Source of the DNA: Octopus bimaculoides
Lineage: Eukaryota
Length of the DNA: 55,430 nucleotides
NCBI RefSeq assembly: GCF_001194135.2
Contig: NC_068982.1
Location: 158,549,160-158,604,589 of the forward strand
Direction: 5' to 3'
Within the stretch, counting starts at the first letter, position 1; each line of letters begins with the position of its first letter. The notes beneath the pieces were generated by a model. That model was not told the DNA's origin. It worked only from the letters and a program-made list of their open reading frames with translations, and ran no database searches. Below, in pieces: positions 13,847 through 25,244 of this stretch. A program made the position numbers and the translations under genes.

Positions 13847-14569
13847 AAATGTTTATGACGTAGACACATTAGCAGGGACCCATTTCCCTTATTTTGATTT
13901 AAATCAACACGCCGCAAATTAAGTCTGGTTAAAGAAGGATTTCAAGCGCATGATTTGTACACCTGAACAGATTAAATAAACCGATCACACTGATACACAA
14001 TAACTAATTACAACAGAACCAAAAACGAATCATTTAGAAAGAACAATTTAAAGATGAAATTAATGATTTATAGAATAACGGAATGGCTAAAACGCACATG
14101 ACCAATATGCGCGTGTGTGCATGTATGTGTGTGTGTGTGTGTTTTTCTGTGTGTGCTTGTGTGTACGTGCGTTTAAACCAAAACTATAACGCTATATAAA
14201 AAAGCCACGCAATAAAAAATATATAAGTTGCAGTTCAGATTTCTATCATCTTTAATGGGATTTTGAACACATCGATGAATAATATTATGATTTCTGCGAT
14301 CTGTTACCCTTCACCACAAAACATCGTAGCGGAGCAGACGTAAAATATCAATCTATGTCAAAATTAAATTTTCCAGGCTAAATTCAACTACAGATCATCA
14401 ATCATTCCTCAAAGCAAAATTTATGTTTCTTTCAAACAGGTAATTATAGCTTGAGAAATTATACGTATATCGAGAAGAAAGTTTTGTTTGGAGTGATAGT
14501 ATCGGTATTTTGTTTATATGAGTCGATAGAAAGACATATCATATTTAACTATAGAAAATTATTACTTAC

Positions 14570-14751
14570 ATTTGCTAAAATCATTTTGACGAATGTGGTA
14601 TTACAATCGACCATTATGCGAAACTCTCCATTGTTCTTTAGTTCCTTCATGATGGATATATAGTTCCCATTGACCATTTCTAATTTACGCACTGTAACCT
14701 CAAAGTCGTTGTCTTGAGTAGCTTTTAGTATCTCTTGAAGTCGTACTAACC
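14570..14751 (-). CDS. GRIK: Internal coding exon of a kainate-type ionotropic glutamate receptor (amino-terminal LIVBP-like domain)
   Basis: Minus strand reads tttctctttccag|GG TTA GTA CGA ... TTA GCA AAT|gtaagt, with a strong acceptor and donor. 182 nt, phase 1 to phase 0, encoding (G)LVRLQEILKATQDNDFEVTVRKLEMVNGNYISIMKELKNNGEFRIMVDCNTTFVKMILAN. This aligns without gaps to the vertebrate GluK segment as I recall it (GLIRLQELIKA...RQL...KEMKRGKEFHVIFDC...ILKQ). Subfamily is from memory; the exact paralogue is unknown. Confidence 0.9.
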
Positions 14752-14949
14752 CTGGAAAGAGAAACATATTAAATAGTGAGATCAATTTCAGAAAAGTATA
14801 AGCAAACATAAACATAACTCCATACTATTGTCAGTACGAATTTCTAAGTTTCTAAAAAGTAAAACAACTTTATCGTAGAAAACATTTGAAAATGCACTAT
14901 CTGTTAAAAGAATGATAGACAAGTATTTGTAAACCTACTGAATATTTAA

Positions 14950-15300
14950 TGCGACTCCGACGCCAAAATATAATTCGTGGTATTATTTGGACCATTTTCC
15001 CGATCTTTCCAATAACAACCTTCGGCACCTTTTTGAATTCCACATAGCAAACACTTTGGACACGCTTTCAAAATCAAAAAGATCAACACAATACCCAGAA
15101 CTATCGGGAACATTGTTTGACGCTCAGAACTCTTGAAGTATGGAATAAACTAGCCACATCGGTCGTTAGCTATCGATACACGACGTCCTTCAAAACTTCC
15201 ATGATCCCTGCAATCCGGTAACAGTGCACCTGATGGGTTTTTTTCCTGGTTGCAGTGCACCTGGGTACTATACAACAATTTCTTTCATATATCCATACAA
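14950..15300 (+). mobile_element. CR1-like LINE 3' fragment
   Basis: Translates to GHAFKIKK...HCLTLRTLEVWNKLATSVVS...SFKTSM, the typical CR1 C-terminal pattern (RGH..K / F..RV...WN.LP..VV...S...FK). Confidence 0.7.
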
Positions 15301-15867
15301 TTTAATCTTATTTTCTTCTACTTAGCTATTTAGTGTTGGAAATATATTTTTATGTGTATCATCACGTGTATTATTACAGATAATTGATAATTTAATCAAT
15401 ATATCTTATCACCCCAAAATGACCTACAAGGAATATACAGATGGGCATATTCTAAATAAAGTAATCAGGAATGAAACAATAACTATTATAAAGGTAAGTG
15501 TGTAAAACATAAGCATGTTATGTATCTTATCATTACGAGGTGCTTCGTAAATTAATTTTACAAAAATATCAGCCACATAGTAATAATTATTATTTCCCAT
15601 ATTGAAGTGTGGTTGAATAATTCTAGCAACAATTTACTAATTTCAGCGACAGACGTATTTCAGTGGCATTGTTGTTCGACTGGAGAAATTTGACGGGATC
15701 CACGTGCAAAAACAGTAAATTTAATTGTCGAATTTGCTTGATAGTGATGGGAGAAATATTAAGAATATATACAAGAGTGTATATAGAGAAAATAATTGTA
15801 TCAAGCAAAATAGGTCAGATAATATCTAAATACAAGTGTTCATTTCTTTAATATATTAAATAATCTG

Positions 15868-16083
15868 AAGCAGCGAGCTGGCAGAATCGTTATCTCGCCG
15901 GATAAAATGTTTAGTGCATTTCGTCCGTCTTTATGCTCTGAGTTCAAATTCCACCGTGGTCGACTTTGTATTTCATCCCCATCGGTGGTCGGTAAAATAA
16001 GCAGCAGTTGAGAATTCTGGGCGATGTAATCAACTAGCACCTCCTCCGAACTTACAGTCCTTGTGCCAAAATTTGAAACCGAT
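15868..16083 (+). mobile_element. SINE family A (tRNA-derived, cephalopod type)
   Basis: gcagcgagctggcagaatcgtt...tctgagttcaaattcc.cc..ggtcgacttt...gtgccaaaatttgaaacc; homologous to 16416-16631, 24970-25175 and 37010-37136. Confidence 0.85.
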
Positions 16084-16415
16084 ATATAAAATTCCTTTAA
16101 AAACTGTAAAGAAAGAGGCTAACAAAAGCTTCAACATTTTTGAAATATTTCAATTGAAACATATTCTTTCATGTGGAAGTTATATTTTGTAGTAGAAATC
16201 AACGTTCATAATATATCTTCACTAAAATATACGGAAATGTTAAAATATGTATATAAGTTTTAAAATAGGTTTATTTTACAGAGCATATGATTTATAACTT
16301 TCACTACATATTGAATTGAGCAATCTTGAGAAATACTAATATACGCATAGCATAAATCTGATAACTAGTCTAATAAGTGTAGAAATATCTCCTATATGGA
16401 TGACAACACATATAT

Positions 16416-16631
16416 ATTGGCTTCAAATTTTGGCATAAGGACAGTAATTGCGGGTAAAGTGTAAGTCGATTACATCAACCCCAGTACTTAACTGATATTT
16501 ATTTTATCAACCTCCAATTGATGAAAGGCAGAGTCGACCTAGGTGGAATTTGAACTCAGAATATAAAGACGCATGAAACGCGGCCAAAGGTTTTGCCCGG
16601 TATACTAATGATTTTGACAGCTGAACGCCTT
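16416..16631 (-). mobile_element. SINE family A, inverted relative to the 15868 copy
   Basis: The reverse complement contains ttctgagttcaaattccacctaggtcgactctgcctttcatc...gccaaaatttgaagcc. Confidence 0.85.
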
Positions 16632-18659
16632 CTGACAAGCAAATACTATAGAACATTTGTTATAAGGTCATTCAGAAGTGGGTTTATACGATAATTGGGA
16701 TGAAAAATTATCAGTTGCGGAACCACTCGATTTTGGTTACTAAACAATAAGATATCGCACTGGACAAAACTATTTTTCATGTCAAAAGAAAATAACACAT
16801 GGGTATAATATAAAGAAATAAGGATATAATTTTTCAGATGATTACATTTAACTTCATATACAAAATTCGTACTGTAGGTATTAATCAACTTGTCCTCAGA
16901 TCGTAAAGTAATATTTTTTTTTTCTTCAATATATAATATCAAGTAACATTTGCATAATCCGAACAATGACACACGAGGACAATCGAAAGTTGATTTTAAT
17001 TTTCTCCTAAGTGTATGAATTAATTTCGTGAAATATATTCCTAATATTTTCAAATTTTCTCCTTTTTGCATGACAATTACTGAGAGTTGTCGTTATATGT
17101 TTGTTTTTCTCTCAAGAAAATTAGGAAACTAGTAAGAAAGAGAAAACTGTGGACGTACATTAATAGTATATCAGCACATATTTATTCATTTATCATATAA
17201 GCTTTGTTGTATTGTTTGTTCATCTTCTCTGAAATCAATTTCCACTCCTTTTATTTTCATTTTCAAGTATAACTGGTGTCATATTATATACTGTTTGTTG
17301 CTTACATTTAAGAAGATAGGGTTGAACTTAACAAGACATGGTTGCTATTATTTATAGACCGTAAACAAGACCTGTCTAAAACTTTAGATGAGGGTATATC
17401 TTCAGGTATCACATTTCGCATACGTTCGTGATATTCTACACTTGACTCCTGAAAATAGGATACGTTAAATCACGCTTAAACTGCGTCACAGTATATACAC
17501 AAGGACTGTGGTTATTGCGTCTATTCACTTTGTTGCATTAACGTAGCGTTTGAACATTAACTTCTCACTTTGTTTCTATACAGTGATTTTGTCGTTTAGC
17601 TTCAAGTAAAACTGATTGAAAAACTTTATCATCTAAGATATTATTTTTAATTCTATATAGTATCATAAATAATGAATACTTATAGTTGCCATACGCAATT
17701 TGGATTTGATGAAATATAGCTGCTACTTTGAATAGCATACAATGAACTTTAGAATTATTGAATGAAATGGTATCAAATGTATGCTTCCCTTTGATACCTT
17801 TGCATTGATATTAGTCAACGCAGACCCCGCTAACTCCTGCGGACTCTGATATTTAAATATACCACATAGGGACTTCCGCATTGTGTGTCTATTTTTCTAT
17901 GTGATCTTTCATTTCTTTATATTTCGTTTTAATCAGCCTCAAACACTATAAGTTCTGCATGTCCCTTAATACAACTATTTCATTGCAATTCAAATGTTTC
18001 TCCAATTTTGATTATTTCCCCATTCCCCCTTTTAGATTGTATCACAAACAAGTCTATTCTACATTTCTTTCCGTAAAGTAGACAATCTGTGTCTTTGAAG
18101 AATTCCATTTCCTTATCTGTATTTCTCGCTATGATCTACTTTCTCATGTGCAATAGCATCAATATCATATTCATATTCTGCTTCTTAATATCTATTCAGT
18201 TCAGATCCTGCTTAGAGGCCAATACGAAGAAAACCATTCTTCACATGCATAATTTCTGTATTATGGTCTCGTATTCTTCCGCAACTGTCCAACCAGTACA
18301 CGTTAATGTGCTCCTACTTTCGTATCCTTAACACTTTATCTTCATTGACTACAGAGAAAGTATAAATTTTATCACAAGTTTTATATTTGTCATTCCTTTT
18401 TTTCAGAAATGCACTCATTTAGTTTCTTCAAAGGAATTCACTAAATATTGGGAAGTATGCAGAATTGATTGAAGGTTTACAAACCAAACGTAAAAATGCA
18501 TGCAATTATAATTTTGACCCCAATTTCTTTTTTACACAAGGACAGCAGTTTTGAGGGAAAGGAGTTAGTCGGGTTCTTTATCTAGTCTTGTACATATAGT
18601 TTAATAAACACAGAGGTTCGGAGGCAACTTTAATCTCGGCAGGATTTGATATCATGATA

Positions 18660-18698
18660 TACTACTACAAGTACAGCTACCGCTGCTGCTGTTGATGA

Positions 18699-18745
<47 letters not shown>

Positions 18746-18762
18746 TACAACAACAACAACAC

Positions 18763-18810
<48 letters not shown>

Positions 18811-18845
18811 ACTACTACTTCTAACTACAACAACAACAATAATAA
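18660..18845. repeat. (CTA)n/(CAA)n compound microsatellite
   Basis: Direct reading. Confidence 0.95.
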
Positions 18846-19450
18846 AAGCTAATCGCCCAGACATAATAATCAAATGCTGGAATAAAAAATCACCTGCTTA
18901 CTAATAGACATTGCAGTCCATTCTGACCAAAATACTCTCCAAGAACAACTAGAGAAATTGTTAAAGTACAAAGAACTCGAAATTGAAGTATTCAAAATAT
19001 GGGGCATGAAAGTGAAAATAATACCAGGTTTAATTGCAGCAGTGGGCATGATAAAAACATGAGAAAAAAAAAGCGAAGCTATACCTGGATTCCCAACGCT
19101 ACACACTATCCAAAAAATTGCCCTGTTAAGAACGACCCACATCCTACCCAAGACACTATCAATTCAATAATATAACCTAAACAAAGCAATTCACAACATA
19201 AGACACACTCTATACAGCAAATTTCCGGTGAAATAAACTACACCATCAAGCAGTTAACCACCGGATTACAAACACAACGCACAATAAAACACTAATACAA
19301 CAAAAGAAAAGAAACTAACGCAACACAATCCCGGGAAGAGTTTTCACACTACCAACAAGAAAAAAGAACATAAAATTCAGCACACACCCTATCAACACTG
19401 AGTTGTACCAGATGATACAGTAGAAATTTGCTTGAAATTAGCAATTTTTT
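18846..19450 (+). mobile_element. 5'-truncated R4/Dong-type non-LTR retrotransposon (RLE endonuclease C-terminus plus 3' UTR)
   Basis: Reads KANRPDIIIK, then after a frameshift CLLIDIAVHSDQN...EKLLKYKELEIEVFKIWGMKVKIIPGLIAAVG...IQKIALLRTTHIL, i.e. a PD-(D/E)xK restriction-like endonuclease domain. The copy ends at an (AAT)n tract. Confidence 0.8.
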
Positions 19451-19506
19451 AATAATAATAATAATAATAATAATGATAATAATAATAATAATAAGAAGAA
19501 GAAGAA

Positions 19507-19537
<31 letters not shown>

Positions 19538-19925
19538 AAGAAGAAGAAGAAGAAGAAGNNNNNNNNNNNNNNNNNNNNNNNNNNNNNNNNNNNNNNNNNN
19601 NNNNNNNNNNNNNNNNNNNNNNNNNNNNNNNNNNNNNNNNNNNNNNNNNNNNNNNNNNNNNNNNNNNNNNNNNNNNNNNNNNNNNNNNNNNNNNNNNNAG
19701 GAGGAGAAGAAGGAGGAGGAGGAGAAGAAGGAGGAGGAGCAGGGGGAGGAGGTGGAGAAGAATGGGAAGAAGAAGGGGGACGATGAGGAGGAGAAGGAGG
19801 AGAAGAAGAAGAAGGAGGAGGAGGAGGAGAAGAAGAAGAAGAAGAAAAAGAAGAAGAAGGAGGAGGAGAAGAAGAAGAAGAAGAAGAAGAAGAAGCAGGA
19901 GAAGAAGAAGAAGAAGAAGAAGAAG

Positions 19926-19955
<30 letters not shown>
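19451..19955. repeat. (AAT)n-(AAG)n-[gap]-(GAG/AAG)n compound microsatellite
   Basis: Direct reading; N-gap at 19559-19698. Source of the poly-R/K/E/S/L ORFs. Confidence 0.95.
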
Positions 19956-19956
<1 letters not shown>

Positions 19957-19990
19957 CCTCGAACACACAAGCCTTCATCTTTAAAAACTT

Positions 19991-20385
19991 TAATATCTAC
20001 AACTTGTGTGCATACCTATCCTTTCCTTTCTCCATGAGTATTCGAAAACGTAAACATCCTTTTATTATTGTAAGAACATTACAGCTTTATCTGTTCGGAC
20101 ATACAAAAGATCATCTTTAGGTATTTTTAAAATTTTAATATCTACAATTTTCTGTGAAAATTTTACACTCCTTTTCTGTCCTTTCCTTTCACAATGAGTA
20201 TTCGAAAATGTAAACATCCTTTTCATTGCAACAGCAGTATAGTTTTCTCTGATCAGACATACAAATGACCATCTTCAGCAAATTTGATATCGTTAATATC
20301 TATAATTTTCTGTGAAATCTTTGCCTTTCTTTTCTCCCTCACTACTCGAATATGTAAACATACCTTTTATTGCAACAACACAATT
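19991..20385. repeat. Degenerate tandem repeat, about 145-158 bp unit, about 2.6 copies
   Basis: The unit start taatatcta(c/t)aa recurs at 19991, 20136 and 20294; each unit also carries a (gagt)attcgaaa..gtaaacat.cttt-like motif. Confidence 0.75.
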
Positions 20386-21094
20386 AAATGCAAGATAAAG
20401 ATTAAGGAGGCAAGCACCTGCTAGTATATACAGACTACACAATTACAAAAAATGTTAATCACAGCAAAACTTATGAAAAGAAATAAAAAAACTCAAAAAG
20501 TTACAAAAAAAATTCAGAAATTCAAATATTCAATGATGTAAACATCAGTATATATATATTGTCATTTGTTTTCTATCAGTAATTATAAACAGAACAGGGC
20601 GAATTGTTTTCGTTTTTCAAGGCCAAGTCCACTAGTAAACACATTTAACCTCTGCTGACCCCAAGGGTGTGAGGCTCCTTTTGTCTCCTGATCCCACAGG
20701 AATGCAAAGGCCCATAGTTGATTTCCTTCTCACCATCTGCAGTACCTATTTACAGACCGGTGGAACTAGGTCTATTCACCGAGCTACTTTTATTACTCCT
20801 ACTATTCCCTTCAACCCTCAGATATTTATGATTATCTTAAGTAAAGACAAAAGTTGAAACTTAAAGACATTTAATAATGCCACACAGTAGTACGAGCAAT
20901 GATTGCAGACTTAAAGATATAACGGTTATACTGTCGCCATAGCTACAACTGTTAACCCCAACGATACAGATCAAGGCACTATTGATGTTAATTAACGATG
21001 AGCAATTATGTAATAGTAAGGTTAAAGTAACTGTAACGGTATTAATAGTGGAGTCGACAATAGAGACAACAACCGTTTCAACATCTGCCACAAT

Positions 21095-23660
21095 AAAGGG
21101 CTCAATACTAATAATTTCAATGAAGCACAAATATGTCTTACGAAACAAAAAGGAAATCTACAACAGTACACCAAATCTCTTGTCCTGTGGTCAATCTGGA
21201 AGTGCGACCCCCAAGAAAGAACCAGCGTGAGGTTGAAAAGTCATCCACTGGCACATAATCTTCTCTGAATACAAACCTGGATAGTTAATTGAACGGGAAT
21301 TGCCCAAAATCGAGCGCTCCAAGTCCACCACGGCACCCAACCAAGAAAGAGAAATCAAAGATAGTCAAATGGACCCGAGAAGAGTATACAGAAGTAATAT
21401 ACGCTTAATATTATGCATTAGGCGGGTCATCTGAAGAGAAATACCGCGAATCCTTATCAAATATGGGGAACACGAAATCAAGACAGCAGGCTATATTTGG
21501 ACGAAAACAGGTTAGAAAATGTTTGGACGGATATCCTCAGAAATAAATGACTCACAAATAGGGAAATAACCGCAATCAAACACCTAGCAGAACATGATCT
21601 AAATATAAGACAGAAAGTAAATAAAGAACCAGACGAAGAGAGCAACTCTCTACGAGTCTCAGTTGAAAGACTGCTATGTGAATAGAACAGGCAAACGTCT
21701 GGAGAAGTAAATTGTAATGAACCTGATAAAGATAGCGACGAAAGTGTTAACGAAATAATATTTGAAGACTACACATTTATTGAAGAACATAGAGTCTATG
21801 ATAGAAGAGAACCTGAATAACCTTGCAGTTGTAAGACACGTCAATATACTTAATAGAGAACTACTTGATAAGCTCTCAAATGCAATGAACAATACAAAAG
21901 AAATTAAATTGGAAGCTTTGTAACAAAGGAAATTATACAAGACCTAAAACCAGATTTCACCGAACTAAATGAAATTATTTACGCAGCTGTTAAAACAATT
22001 GAAACCAGTCTCTGCAAATTCAAAGAAATACAAACCTGAGAAGAATTCCAAACGGGAAAATTAAAATTGAAAAGAGATTGAAATAATGAACTAAGATGTG
22101 GAATTGATGTAAACATCGAAAAGGAAGATGAAGAGAAAACAGATTCTCACCAAGAAAAGAACTGATTTCAGCAAAAACAAGAAAAACAGCAACAAAAGTC
22201 CGAGCAAATGCTGAACGAATACGAATATACTCTTTACTCTTTACTCTTTTACTTGTTTCATTCATTTGACCGCGGCCATGCTGGAGCACCGCCTTTATAG
22301 TCGAGCAAATCGACCCCAGAGCTTATTCTTTGTAAACCTAGTACTTATTTTATCGGTCTGTTTGCCGAAACGCTAGGTTACGGGGACGTAAACACACCAG
22401 CATCAGTTGTCAATGCTGGGGGACAGACTATCACACAAACATATACACACACATACAGACAATCATACACACACACACACACACACTCATATACATACAC
22501 ATATACAACGGGCTTCTTCCAGTTTCCATCTACCAAATCCACTCACAAGGCTTTGGTCGGCGCGAGGGTATAGTAGAAGACACTTGCCCAAGGTGCCATG
22601 CAGTGGGACTGAACTCGGGACCATGTGTTTGATAGGCAAGCTACTTACCACACAGCCATTCCTGCGCCTATCTGAGAAGAGAAACAACTTTTACAAGAAA
22701 AATGAGCTGTTCACATCACCTGCGAAAACATTCTACTGTTAAAGTGTTAAAGAAATAATATTTAAAAACTATACATTTATTGAAGAACGTAGAGAGTCTA
22801 TGATAGAACAGAAGCAGAAAATCCTGAATAACCTTGAAGTTGTAAGACACGTCAATATGACCAATACAGGGCTCATTACTAATAATTTCAATGAAGCACA
22901 AATATGTCTTACGAAACAAAAAGTAAAACTACAACAGTACACCCAATCTCTTGTCCTGTAGTTAATCTCGTAGCGCGTCCCTCAGGAGAGAGCTAGCACG
23001 ATGTCAAAAAGTCATCCACTGGCACTGCCAAGGAAAAATATATGGATTGATGAAAAGACTTACAATGAAAATGCAGACTGGATTAGATGCACAGAAGTAT
23101 CCTACCAAAACTTACCGGGAAAAGCATGGGAAGACATCACAATAGCAGACCTAAGGATGACACTCACAAACGCTCATAAGTGAAAATCTTCTAGTAATTA
23201 TAGCGTACCAAATTTCTGGCTCACCTCGCTCTCGTGTGCACGCGAAAAGATAGTCCAGTTATTCAATTAAATTTTGAGAGTTCCTACGAACACCTGAATG
23301 ATTAGCAAGAAGTATTACCTATTCTCGAGGAATAATGAAATCAAATTTCCGCGAAACTATCAGCCCATAACATGTCTTTCTACCTAGTAGGAAATTCAAA
23401 TATCCATCCTCGTAGTGAAAGCATACAAATTTACGGAACATTAACGATAGTTTCCCCACTGAACTAAAAGGTTACCGACGAGGCTCATAATGATTCAAGG
23501 AACAACTGTTAATCAACAGCATGATCTTTGAGAACTGTCATAACAAACTCAAAAATCTCAGTTCTGCATGGATTGATTACAAAAAGGCTTTCGGGAGAAT
23601 ACCACATTCATGGATCTTCAAATCGCTGGATATCTTCAGAATTAAGACAAACCTTATTCA
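21095..23660 (+). mobile_element. Fragmented R4/Dong-type LINE (ORF N-terminus and RT domain), interrupted by a SINE and internally duplicated
   Basis: N-terminal-like KWTREEYTEVIYA*YYA near 21370. RT-region motifs WEDITIADL, PNFWL, NYQPITCL, KEQLLIN and LSSAWIDYKKAFGRIPHSWI at 23120-23620. Confidence 0.75.
22228..22669 (-). mobile_element. SINE family B, near full length
   Basis: The reverse complement starts gcgcaggaatggctgtgtggtaagtagc...ttcagtcccactgc, has an internal (TG)n, and ends ggcggtgctccagcatggccgcggtcaaatg...gtaaaagag. Confidence 0.85.
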
Positions 23661-23724
23661 GCGACGTTTTCACAGGTATGGGCTACTCGACCTGAAGAAA
23701 ATTCTACGAAGAAGAAGAGGAAGA

Positions 23725-23905
23725 AGGAGAAGAAGAAGAAGAATAGTGTGCCCAGTAAAAGTGTTACAAAAGATTTGCCAAATTGGTACGGCCAGAGTAG
23801 TCAGGAAAGGATTAGACAGTTGAAAAGAACATAGAATGTTACAAAAGGCTGCAGGTAGCAACCCCACTATGCATACAAGAATCCAGGAGTTCCAAAGAAA
23901 CGTGA
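23725..23905 (+). mobile_element. Extreme 3' end of an RLE-type LINE
   Basis: Reads VLQKICQIGTARVVRKGLDS* (compare LQK..LLGTARILRKVL), followed by a short 3' UTR ending in (AAT)n. Confidence 0.7.
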
Positions 23906-23918
23906 GTTACAAATAATA

Positions 23919-24013
<95 letters not shown>

Positions 24014-24160
24014 CCAACGACGATGACGACAACTACAACAGCAACAATAATAATAATGATAATGACGATGATGATGAGAGTAATAATAGTAATAATAGTA
24101 ATAATAGTAATAATAATGATAATAATAATAATAATAATGATGATGATGATGATGATGATG

Positions 24161-24243
<83 letters not shown>
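23906..24243. repeat. (AAT)n/(GAT)n compound microsatellite
   Basis: Direct reading, about 340 bp. Confidence 0.95.
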
Positions 24244-24580
24244 TAGATACTGCGGGATTTTACAATCCACTGTGACAATCTAATCGATGCTCAGAGACCA
24301 AATATGTTTGTGGAAGATAAAGGTAAAAAAGGCACCCAAAATTATAGATATTGCAATACCTGGAGATAAGTGAAAAAGAACTAGAAAAGACTGAATAGTA
24401 CAGACTGCTAAAACGAAATTTCAAGAATGTGGACTATGAGGAGAGAGTCGATCATGCCTGTAGTTATAGAGACGCTCGGAGGACTAACAACGAAGTTCGA
24501 GAAATATGTCAGAGAAATCGGAATTGACATGAGAGCAGAGCAAGCCCAAGAAACTGTTCTGCTGAGGATATCTTCGTATT
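24244..24580 (+). mobile_element. RLE-type LINE C-terminal fragment
   Basis: Reads DFTIHCDNLIDAQRPNMFVEDKR, IDIAIPGDK and MWTMRRESIMPVVIETLGGLTTKFEKYVREIGIDMRAEQAQETVLL. Confidence 0.75.
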
Positions 24581-24969
24581 TAAAATCCGCTTTCAGTTGC
24601 GTTTTTTGTTTGCTTGTTACCACATCCATAAACGAGAGACTCAGCACTGATTCAGTTCGGGGATACTTTCTATTTCATTTTTACATGTACAGCGAATCCT
24701 GGCCAATGTGACTTTTAGATATTTTGATGAATCAATCTTCGAATATACACTGCGTCTCATTTTTTGTTAAGATCACTGATGATACGTTTCCTTAGCATGC
24801 CGGACTTTGCTGCAACACTGCATTTCGTATGTTGGCTTGTAGAAATGTTTCAAGATCCTCCTTTGATGAATTTGTGTTTTAGTATTTATGTACATTACTA
24901 CACACGTGCAACAAACCTTGCAAACAATTTTAGTGCTCTGCCATTTCGGCCGCATTCTTTGATCTGATG

Positions 24970-25175
24970 AAGGCGGCCAGCTAGCAGTAACGTTAGCACG
25001 CCGGGCGAAATGCTTAGCGGTATTTCGTCTGCCGTGACGTTCTGAGTTCAAATTCCGCCGACTTTGCCTTTCATCCTTTTGGGGTTGATAAATTAATTAC
25101 CAATTGCGTACTAGGGTTGATCTTATCGACTGGCCCCTCCCAAAACTTTCGGGCATTGTGCCTAGAGTAGAAAAG
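24970..25175 (+). mobile_element. SINE family A
   Basis: aaggcggccagctagcagtaacgttagcacgccgggcgaaatgcttagcggtatttcgtctg...ttctgagttcaaattccgcc. Confidence 0.85.
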
Positions 25176-25244
25176 GTTCTTTGAGCTGAGAGTTAGGATC
25201 GAAGAAAGCCTGTTAGTTATGTATTTTCGTTATTGTTTGACAGA

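Noticed and set aside
17726-17863. Minus frame GIFKYQSPQELAGSALTNINAKVSKGSIHLIPF resembles the iGluR GIF...ELAF..A...IN start
   Set aside because: There is no AG acceptor at the expected phase-1 position, key residues are missing, and no following C..GV.AI.GP exon lies between it and 14751.
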